DNA of 64,000 nt from assembly GCF_009914755.1 (NCBI RefSeq), contig NC_060930.1; one strand, written 5' to 3'. The position numbers and the translations under genes are program-made. This DNA comes from the human T2T-CHM13v2.0 reference genome, Homo sapiens. Under the pieces are notes generated by a model. That model made no database searches and had not been told where the DNA came from. It saw only the letters and a program-made list of their open reading frames with translations. This document shows, in pieces, positions 29,851 through 40,650 of this stretch; the stretch's first letter is position 1; each line of letters opens with the position of its first letter.

Positions 29851-30184
29851 GGGACTGGGAGATATATTAAAAGATATTTGTTTTTGCTTCTGTTTTGTAA
29901 CAGGGTAGTGACACAATTAGAAAATGCTTTGGGGAAGAGATTAGATTGTAATGAAAATGAAGTAAGACTGATATGCCCATGATACCCCAGAGAGCAGCCC
30001 AGACCTGGGGCCTGCAGACAATTTCATGCTTCACCCTTTTTCTCAAGGATTGGAGAGGGAGCTCCTGCCTCCCAGCTGATCTTTTAACAGTTGCCATATT
30101 TTTGGGTAGAGGCCTTTCCACTCTTGGATAGGGGAAGACTGGGCTTCTTCACTCCACCAGGCAAGACTTCCCAGAGGAGTTAGA

Positions 30185-30300
30185 CATTGCTTTGGCTCCT
30201 TGTGCTGGGATCTGTATTCAAATTGTGACAGCGTGAACTTTGGCAAGTTACCTGATCTCTCCATACCTCAGTTTTTTCCTCTCATGAAAAAAGCTTAGCA
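30185..30300 (+). mobile_element. MIR fragment
   Basis: GTGAACTTTGGCAAGTTACCTGATCTCTCCATACCTCAGTTTTTTCCTC. Confidence 0.7.
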
Positions 30301-31934
30301 CATTGGTTGGCTTATGGAAAAAAAAAAGCCATAACTAGCAGCTATGATTACAAAGAGTCATAAAAAATTGGTTCACTTTGGTTCTGTGAATATTCTTTTC
30401 AGTAAACCAATGTGTAGTCCACTTCATTTGATATGCAATCAAATAGATTTGCAGATAATCTAAGAAAAATCTCAGTACAAGCAAGTGCGGCATTAGCATT
30501 TTGAACTGTGATGCTAACAGAACAACAAAGCATGTTTAGGCAGCGGTGTCAATTGAATGGCTGAGCTTTGTACTTGTACATATTCCCCCATTAAAATACA
30601 GCAGCATGAGAAGTTACTATACTCTGTAAGCTCTTCCCTGAAAAGAGGAAAAACAACCGTGACTCATGGGCTGCTAGCTTATTCCACAAAAGGGGCCCTG
30701 GAACGATGCCTCTTTCTTTTACCCAAAATTACGTTTGCTACTGTTCTATAAGGTGATAAAGAAGCTCTAATTCTCATTGTTCTTGAGATTTATACTTGGA
30801 GTCATGTCAGAAACAGAGTAGAATGGATCATCTATCACCCTTCACCTTGCCTGGCAGTGCTGGCCTGAAGCAGAATCCTCAGATTTTTCTTTGTTGCCCC
30901 TCATCCCCTTTTACCTTTCATCTCGTCCCTCTGGCACACCACCTTGATGCGTACACTTTGCACATAGTCATCGTATTTTTTCCACTACATTTGTAGTCCA
31001 GGCTTCCTCTTGAATCCATCAGACAATGAAAATAATTGATCCCTGTTGTGTTCTTGGTAAAGGTCAGAGATACAATCATATCAGCCGACTTGATCTGCTT
31101 GACTACCGGCATTGTGATTTCTACCGAGGCAATTTAAAAGCGTTGTAAACTGTCAGACTTAAGACTGTAAGCTTGGCCAAGCACTCAACAAAGATCCCAA
31201 AGGCATCACATAAAATTGGGCAAGGAGCCCTGGTTACTACTTTTCAACATCTGGCCCTTTCTCTGAATCTTTCTAAAAGGACTGGAAATGCAAATTGAAG
31301 CAGGACTTTGTTTCCCTTGACATTATGTATTTAACCTAAAAAAAACCTTGATTTTAAGTTGATTTATTATGAATTTTGCCACTTAACCTGACAATTGACT
31401 GAAGGTGCTTCTCAAAATGTCTAGTTACTAATATGTAATTAATTTGTTTTGTTCTCCAGTTTAATCCTCTTTATTAAAAACTTTGAGGGAACAAAAAAAA
31501 AAGATTATTGTAATGGGCTTTCTGGTAGGTGCAGAAAAACAGCAGGGAAGATTGAGAAGTACAAGAAAAACACATCAGAAATAAAATAAAGTTTGGATTT
31601 AACACATAAAATTGGCAAGATATTCCAGAGAAAAAAGCATTAGGAATACAGCTATTCATCAAGAATGAAAAAATGATTAAAGTTGACAATCAAAAAAACA
31701 CATAACACCTTTGTGGAGTTATAAGATGCTCAAAGAATGCTTTAGAATATATCGGTTCCTACTTCAGGTTTGTTTGTCTAAGAGGCATAAATGTTTAAAT
31801 AATCCATAGGGATTGACAGTAGTAATAGTTCCAATGATCAAGAAGTCTAAAGAGAAATTCTGCAAAAGGAAATAGATACTATACACTGAGTACTTAAGAA
31901 AGAGAACAGAAACTAGCCTATGATGCTGCCTCTT

Positions 31935-32520
<586 letters not shown>

Positions 32521-34130
32521 TCTTCTTACTCATAACCTGTAGACAGATGCCAGTCTAGTGCTTCTACCAACATAAGTCTACCTGGCTTTAGGTAAAACAA
32601 AAGGTTTACTGTAATTAAATGTTTCTCTGATTAAAGGAGGCAAAGGTTTCATGCCTGTGCTTTCCAATACAGCCCCCACTCATACTGGGTTTGTCACTTT
32701 TGAAACTTGGGCCTTCTAGTTACCTTAGACCATTCTTGTTCCACTTCTGCTTCTACAAAATAGTCTGCTGAATAAGGAAGAGTAGATAAAGAAGACAATT
32801 TTCTAAGGAAAGTCTGGCATTGGCTACTTTTTCCTGACAGTTCTCATTCTTAATTATTTTTTTTTCCTGGTTCCAGGCACCTTTCAGAAGTATATCCCTA
32901 ATTTCTAAACTTTGTGTTTTCTCATTTCTCTTGAATATTTGCTTAATCTCTCTCTCCCTCATCTGATCTGCACTCCCTTCCCTTCTCTTTTCCTTTGCTT
33001 TAATATTCTCCTTTCCAACTTTTCCATCCTACTTTCTCCCCCCTTAATCCTGGGCCCTCTTGCTTTCTACTTTCAACTGTTCATGTCTGACAGCAGTGTG
33101 AGAACCCCAACTTAGAAAGAAGATGCTATTTACTTGTGCCTTTTAAATTGTCATATCAACAAAGGTTCTGTGTGCCAGACATTGCAGGTGCAGCGAGACC
33201 AGGCTGGCAGGTGATGCTAGAATGAGCAGTACATCCACAGGTCCAGAGGAAGGCCTGCCAAAAAATGACTCCGGATCCAAGTAGAGAATGCAGCTGTTGC
33301 CATCCAAAATATTAGATCAGGGAGAAACTGTCTTGGAGTCTTTTCAAAACTAGAAACTTGAATTAAAAAATAATATGGTGTTTTAAAAGTCACCATGTTT
33401 AAATCCACCTGGGAATCCACCTAACTCTTAGGAAACAGGCTATTGTAAGAAAAGAAAATGAACATTCCAACTGCTAAAAAAAATAAAGTTGTAAATTCTT
33501 CACATGCTATTGAGAATTAAATTACTATATAATTCCACTGCTGTTAAATATGTAATGTTAGTGTTCAACTATTGACCTCTCTGATGAGTTTAATGTTAGT
33601 GTAACTAACACATTGCTGATTTTCTCTAATCTAATATTTATCAAGTGCCTGTAAAGCATGAAGCTTTGTCCACTGAACCATTTCATATGAACAGCTATTT
33701 CAAACTTTGCAGCTCTAGGTATCCTATATTCACATCATATAATGTTTTGTATTGCACAAACATCTTAAGTTGGTGTAAAGAAAAAATGAAGACAGTTTGA
33801 AGGTCAGTTTCTTGAGTCTGTGCATGCATGTGGTGTATGTGTTTTTTATGTGCATGTTTTACCTCTGCCCTTCAAGTTTATGCCACTTGTGTTCAATTTC
33901 TGAGTCCACTCTGTACCTGTTTTTTAATACTTACCCACAGAGCAAATAATAACTACTAAGTGAAAAGTGATAGCAAAATCTCTTCAGTCTCCAGAGGAAT
34001 TGAGATTTCCTCAAGATTGAGAGGACAGTAGGAAAACTCTTTACATGTGAATTTTATTTAAAAAATAACTTACACCAATGTTCAACACCATTTCTCATGG
34101 AAGGAATGATTGCAATGAGAAAAAGAAAAA

Positions 34131-34188
34131 AAACTGAATCTACATGTAACAGAAAGGAAAAAAAACAAACTGAATCTACATGTAACAG
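34131..34188. repeat. Perfect 22-bp direct repeat with A-rich spacer
   Basis: AAACTGAATCTACATGTAACAG at 34131-34152 and 34167-34188. Confidence 0.95.
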
Positions 34189-34224
34189 GCATCAAACTAG
34201 GTATCTTCACAAATATTGATTTAT

Positions 34225-34385
34225 TAAAACTTCACAAGAACCCAGAACCACTGCAATGTCCCCATTTTTTCACACTTGAGGAAACTGAGAACCACGAAGG
34301 TTAAGCTCATGGAGAGAAATGAAAAATGATAGAGCCAAGATTTAAACCCAGGTGCCTGGGACACCACATCTCATACTCTTTCATT
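34225..34385 (-). mobile_element. MIR fragment
   Basis: CCCCATTTTTTCACACTTGAGGAAACTGAG...GAGCCAAGATTTAAACCCAGG. Confidence 0.75.
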
Positions 34386-34708
34386 ATACACATCTTTTGA
34401 ATATGAATTTGCCTCAATTCCTCCTCTAGTAATGTCATATCGAATTGGTCTTGTGGAAGAAAAGTGACTTACGTAAATTACCTGAATTTTAATTTGAATC
34501 TTTTCCATAACTGAGAAATTCTGGTGAATATATAATATCTCCAGGAATCTCAATAGCAGTCCTTCTTGTTTTCTTTGTTCAGATACAGTTACTTTAAACT
34601 ATGTAGGAACTTTTAGAAATCTACTTTAAAAAATATGGATATTTGAATTCTCATTTTGTTTTGTTATGTGGGTGACTAGAACATGCAGTAGCAATAAAAC
34701 TTGTTTCA

Positions 34709-35154
34709 TTTTTTTTTTGACACTAATTTTTTTTATTATACTTTAAGTTCTGGGATACATGTGCAGAACGTGCAGGTTTGTTACATAGGTATACATGTGC
34801 CATGGTGGTTTGCTTTACCCATCAACCTGTCATCTACATTAAGTATTTCTCCTAATGCTATCCCTCCCTTAGCCCTCCACCCGCTAACAGGCCCCGGGGT
34901 GTGATGTTCCCCTCCCTGTGTCCATGTGTTCTCATTGTTCAACTCCCACTTATGAGTGAGAACATGCGGTGTTTGGTTTTCTGTTCCTGTGTTAGCTTGC
35001 TGAGAATGATGGTTTCCAGCTTTATCCATGTCCCTGCAAAGGACATGAATTCATCCTTTTTTATGGCTGCATAGTATTCCATGGTGTATATGTACCACAT
35101 TTTCTTTTTATTGCAGCACCGTTCACGATAGCAAAGACTTGGAACCAACCCAAA
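34709..35154 (-). mobile_element. Short 5'-inverted L1PA7/8-like insertion
   Basis: 3' UTR/ORF2 end on minus strand 34735-35107; sense-oriented piece 35108-35154; TSD AAAACTTG(G)TTTC at 34696-34707 and 35152-35164. Confidence 0.92.
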
Positions 35155-37944
35155 ACTTGGTTTCTGACAGTGCCTTTTGTACTGAAATTGAAACATTTTT
35201 CTGTCCTTCAAGTTTATTGCTTACCATTCTCCAGAAACTGAAATGAAATTTTACTCAACTCTTTTTATATTGTTACAGCTTGATAGAATTTTAAAAGTTT
35301 CAACAATCCAATCACAATTCTTGCAGATGTGTCTCCCCAAGGGAGTTATTAGCTTCAACACTGGTGTACTTCCTGGGCAGGTGTGTGGCTTTGGCTTTCA
35401 CAGTGTAGGTGTTTATTTTTAATTAAAGGCTTTTCCCTCAGGTCTTCTAGAAAATTTCTGTTGATAACAGTGGAATCTCTCTGTGTGGAATGGTTGAAAA
35501 AATGATTTATATCAACTTGGTTTTCTTATATGTCAAGGTGGTGTTATTGGTACAAGCAGAGCCAACTTGCAAAGGAACACGCTTCTCTTTTGTACTCCAT
35601 ACTTCCTTTCCCATGACATTCCATTTGTGTGTACACCCCCAACCCTCCCCCAACCCAATAAACCTGGTGTTTATTCCCTTTGTGTTCTATTTGCGTTATA
35701 AAAAGATAGCTAATGAAATAATTGGAGAGAAGGGTCCCTATCCTGAGGCTTTTTAATACAAGGACTTTTCAGGGGTGATCTCCTGAGAGCGTCCAGTTTT
35801 CTACCCAAAAGAATAGAAGTAATGGTAGAAATTTTAAAGCAATTGTAAAAGAAGATGGCAGCACATCACAGAATAAAGAGATAAGTTTGAAGTGTTAGAG
35901 TCTTGAGCTGCCTCACACATCACATCTCTAAGACAGTCACCTAAATAATACCTTCACATACAGGAGGCCCTAACACAACTTTCTTCCACTGGAAGAGAAG
36001 ATGTGTATCTCAATAAAGGTAAAACAACCAAAAATGTGATTGTTTGGTTGTCAAAACAACCAAAAATCTCACTTTAGCACTTTTCATAGAACTCTGATCC
36101 AAGAGTGGAAGGAGGAGTCATTGCCTCCACACCTTCACAATTCAACAAGGACAGATTTAATTTCAGGTGTTACGGTTTTGCCCCAGACTTTCCTTTGCAA
36201 TCACACCTATTTCACCTCCAGCCCACTAGTTACATGGCCCTATTTTATGCCTCATCCACACCTGCATGCCCATGGCACCAAAGAAAGCTTTAGCTAGGTG
36301 TCATGAGTATGACAAACCTGGACCAAGGCATTTGATCTTTGGCAAATGAATGCGTGCTTTTCTGTTCCCATAAACATCCTTGGCCCTACAGTTTCACCTC
36401 CACTACAGACAGGTGCCTAAATAGGCTGAGCCAGGGAAGCAGTCTCTCTGGCTTTCCGCTGGTTTTCCAATTGTGTTCATCACCGACTAAGGTGCTGCAC
36501 TCTGCCACATCTCGTTTGCCGCCATATCACAGAATTGGCACACTGCGGTGATGTGAGTCAGTGTGTGGCACAGCCATTAGAGAATCACCTCTTCTCAGAA
36601 GTGTGCACAGCCTCTCAGTTGTGAGGAAAGGAGGATTGGATACCCACAAACATTGGATTTTCTTAGTGGAAGCTTGTGTTTTCACTGGTTACTGATGCAC
36701 ACACACCTCAGGACCAGAATTGTGGCACATCTGGCTGCAAGTAAGCCATTTCAGTTCAAGTTGCTAAGCTCAGAGGATTAATTGTGAGGCATACTAAAGG
36801 AGAGTGGTGGGGAGGGTTTGAGTCATCCTCATCATTAATATAACTGAGTGATTATAGACCCTTCCCTGGAGAAAATCAGACAGTAACCGGCCATTGAAAT
36901 ATAAAATAGAATTCTGAAGAAGCCTGGCACAAGATCTGTGCTTTGTAGCTAAGAATAGCAAGGTTAATTACAGAAGGGAGTGACAGAAACAGGAAAGCAG
37001 CCATCGCACAAAGGAGAAGTTGCTGCAGTGGTAGATCTAAAATAATTGGTAGCAGGAGCTGGTCTCAGAGTTGGCAAAACATTAACCCTTGAGGGATGGA
37101 GTTTGGAGCGGGGAGAAATTGAGACTGAGAGAGAGAGAGAGAGAGAAATAGAGAGAGAAACATACAAGCACAGGTCACTTGTGGTTTCAAATAAAGGATA
37201 GCTGCTTATCAACCCAAATCAGTTTCTAAGTCTTTAATTATATTTGTCAGTATATGACTAAGCCTCCTTGAATTCAGAATGTGTGATTTTACATACTCAT
37301 ATAATTCTATCACATAGTTTTTCTCTGGCAAACCCCAAATACAATAATAAAAGCAGAGTGTTTATGTCAAACAAATAAGTAAATACATTTTACCCTAGCT
37401 AATAAGTTTTCTAGCCATATGTCTATCATATATAGCAGTATCACAGACAGAATGAAACTACTTAAGAAAATAATAATTTTTAAAGATATGTTAGTGTTTC
37501 AGTTAACATGAAAATCTCTGAAACAAGTACATAAGGTCAACCTTTACTCAAAATAAGTTTTCTAGGCATCTAGTATTTTTTCCTTATAATTCTAGGCCAA
37601 AGATAATTACCTTTATCAGAATAATACCTGCTGTTCTATTTATATTCAGCTTTCGCTTTTAGTCATATCTGATTATATAGACAGAAAATTTGAGTTCAAC
37701 CATTAAGATCAGCAGTGAGGAATAAAATATTTAAAACTGGAAATGGGTTTCTAAAGGAAGCTTTGTCATCCTTTTCCTAATGCTTCTTGGATTAATTTTT
37801 TGAGATTTTTTTCATTTGCTTTGCTGAGGAATAAAAGTGAGGGATAATTTAGCCCTGTATGTGCCCACCTTCATATAATTCTCGGAATTCCAATAATGCT
37901 CACTTTATTATTATTACTGTGATTATTATCATCATTATTATTAA

Positions 37945-38165
37945 GCATTACTTGAGCATGTACTATATGACAGCCATGTATTAGAGTATATAAACGCATG
38001 AATTATAACTTGTAGCTAAGTATGTTGATACTATTATTCCTATTTCAAAGAGGAGAGCACTAAGGTGAAAGGAGGTTTGGTAATTCACTGAAAATGTATA
38101 ACAACCATTAATAAGCAGCAGAACTAGGATTCAAAGGTAGAATCTGTAGTTTTCCCAAAACACCT
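37945..38165 (-). mobile_element. MIR
   Basis: TTGAGCATGTACTATATGACAG...TTATTCCTATTTCAAAGAGGAGAGCACTAAGG...AGAACTAGGATTCAAA. Confidence 0.7.
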
Positions 38166-38393
38166 TGCTGTTTCTTATTTAAGCTTTTCATAATTATTAC
38201 AAATTCTAACGCCCTTAGTATCATTAGCAGTAAGTAACTGCATTTATTTTTAATATTCAGAATTGGGTTACTCATAAAAACATTTTCTATATTCCTTAAC
38301 CTGAAGCCCAGTTTAGGGAAACTGTCTGATTTTATATATATTGGGGTTTCTTCAATAAGGAGAGCCTGTGGCAGACCCTAACCTCATGGCAAA

Positions 38394-38947
38394 TGAAGGG
38401 GTTCAGGATACACTACCCCCAAAATATGGTACATTGGCATATTAACTATTTTACACTAAAGGAATTTGATAAAGAGCACATGCAGGAAGGACTTGCTAAC
38501 CTTCTCCCCACTCTTCTTCCCTGAAGCAGATCATAAAACCTAAGAAGGATTTTCTGACCTTGCCCTGAAACAAGTCATAAGACCCTCATGTGAGAGGTGC
38601 CCTCCCTATACCGAGAGGAAAGGAATATCCTTATCCCTGAAGATGAAGGGTCACAGAGAAAAATCTGAAAAAACAAGCCTTGCCAAGTTTTCTCTAGTTT
38701 ATTACCATTAGATTATACTGTTTCCTGCCCTGTCAATTTCTCCCTGTCTACTTGTCATCAAACCTCGCATAAAAATCTATAGGTTTAACTATTTCTTTAC
38801 ATCTTAATTTCCTTATGAAGACTCCCATGTCTTGTAAAACTTATATTAAATACATCTGTATGCTTTTCTCTTTTTAAATTTTGTTTTAGATGCCTCAACC
38901 ATGAACTTCCTCAGGACAGATAGAAAGATATTTTTTTTTCTTCTGCA
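38394..38947 (+). mobile_element. Solo ERV1 LTR, MER34-family
   Basis: TG...CA termini with 4-bp TSD CAAA (38390-38393, 38948-38951); begins TGAAGGGGTTCAGGATACACTACCCCCAAAATATGG. Confidence 0.8.
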
Positions 38948-39388
38948 CAAACATTTCCTAGAGATAATGGGATGAATAATTACTATTAAGAAGTATAGTG
39001 AGGGGCTGCAAATTACCCCCCAGGTCATCCCAATTCTCCTTCCCTTATTTGGAAAATAATTGATATATAGGACAAAGAAAAGCATCCTGTATATTCTCCT
39101 TTCTCAGAGTTCCTGAACTAGATAAAGTAGCACTCAGCAGAATGCATTAGTTTGTATATGAATGCATTTGTTGATATATTTGTTTTATATGGCATTCCTT
39201 GTCTGTCCATTCTTACTTCCTTCCACTCCCCACCCCTTTTTCTGCTCTGCTCCAGGTCATAGGAAACTACATTTGTCAGACTCTGCTGCCTGTTGGCTTC
39301 TGGGCAGGTTCCACCAATGAGATCCACTGTAGGGAGATATGAGGGAGGAAGCAATGAGAAGTCAGAGTACTTCTCTCAACCTCTTTCT

Positions 39389-39606
39389 TTTTTTTTTTTA
39401 TTATTACCATACTTTAAGTTTTAGGGTACATGTGCACAATGTGCAGGTTAGTTACATATGTATACATGTGCCATGCTGGTGCGCTGCACCCACTAACCCG
39501 TCATCTAGCATGAGGTACATCTCCCAATGCCATCCCTCCCCCGTCCCCCCACCCCACAACAGTCCGCAGAGTTTGATGTTCCCCTTCCTGTGTCCATGTG
39601 TTCTCA
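39389..39606 (-). mobile_element. ~215-bp L1PA2/3-like 3' end insertion
   Basis: Poly(T) then L1 3' UTR; perfect 15-bp TSD TCTCAACCTCTTTCT (39374-39388, 39602-39616); 5-bp microhomology TCTCA at the 5' junction. Confidence 0.96.
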
Positions 39607-39759
39607 ACCTCTTTCTATGCTTAGAGCAGCTGCATCTCCTCTGTGATTCTGGTTCCTGTTGGACTGCCCCTCCCTCCACTGTCACATTCCTACCTGGCAG
39701 CTCCCCACCATGGGTCTATCTCCTACTGCATGGCTCCAGCTGCTGGACTTTGGCCAACT

Positions 39760-40650
39760 TGTTCCAACATTTGCAGGCCCCAGGGGGCAAGGGGACAAAA
39801 GAAAGCCCATACATCTATGTCTCATGTTTAAAAGTTATAAATCAAATACAAATTGTTAAAAGTATTTTCGATTTTTTTTTCTATTTTGATAAACATTTTT
39901 ATAATGACATTTAAAAAAATACCTTGCTTGGGAATCCATGAGACAAACACCCACTTTCTCTTACTTATTAAGGAGTGGAGGGGAGGGTAGAGGTTCTTAT
40001 TTCCTAGACCCGAGGCTTGGCTACTCATTACCTTAGTCCTCTCTAAACACCTCTGTCTGGGAACTAAAAGGATTTTCTGAATGGGGACACTAGTTCAAAC
40101 TAAGAATTCCCTGTCCACAAGTGCTTCCAATTTCACAACGTGGCGGGTGTTGACCCTTTACGTTTCTCAAAGAGAGCTAAGGCTGCAAGTCCAGGTTCAA
40201 ATTTAGAATTTTCAGACTCAGGTTTCAGGCTTGTGGCCCATACCTATTCACTTTCTCTTGGCTCCATTTCGTTCTCTAAAGAGTCTTGACTGCATTCACA
40301 TGGACACTACAGATCTTACATTCCAAGCCCTAGCTACTCCCTCCCCATTTGTAAACAGCTACAGCCTCTTGGCTACCTTGTGGCTCTGGGGTTCTGTGCT
40401 GATAAAGTGACGATAGACTCAGGGAAAGTGGATGAAGTCTGTCATCCACTTGGGTAGAGAAGGCCGGGGACCTACCCACCTGGAGCACAGTCTGGAAGGG
40501 GGTGGGGGGATGGGATCTGGGTGTTTATGTCTTCTTGACCCAGGAGTTTCTTCTGTCGGAAAGAACATAGACAGGAAGGAACAGAGTAGGATTTTTTAAA
40601 ACGTGGAGCCCAGATCAGAGTTCCTCCTTTTCCAGGGGGGAGGGTAGCAC
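39760..40650 (+). mobile_element. hAT-Tip100 (Zaphod/MER115-like) relic
   Basis: ATTTGCAGGCCCCAGGGGGCAAG...TTTAAAAGTTATAAATCAA, CCAGGTTCAAATTTAGAATT and TAAAACGTGGAGCCCAG resemble my recollection of MER115. Boundaries uncertain. Confidence 0.5.

Noticed and set aside
39538-39550. PRDM9-type CCNCCNTNNCCNC match
   Set aside because: Generic to the C-rich tract of young L1 3' UTRs, so uninformative.
39339-39914. 191-aa ORF
   Set aside because: Chimeric read-through of LTR, antisense L1 3' UTR and hAT relic; no coding evidence.
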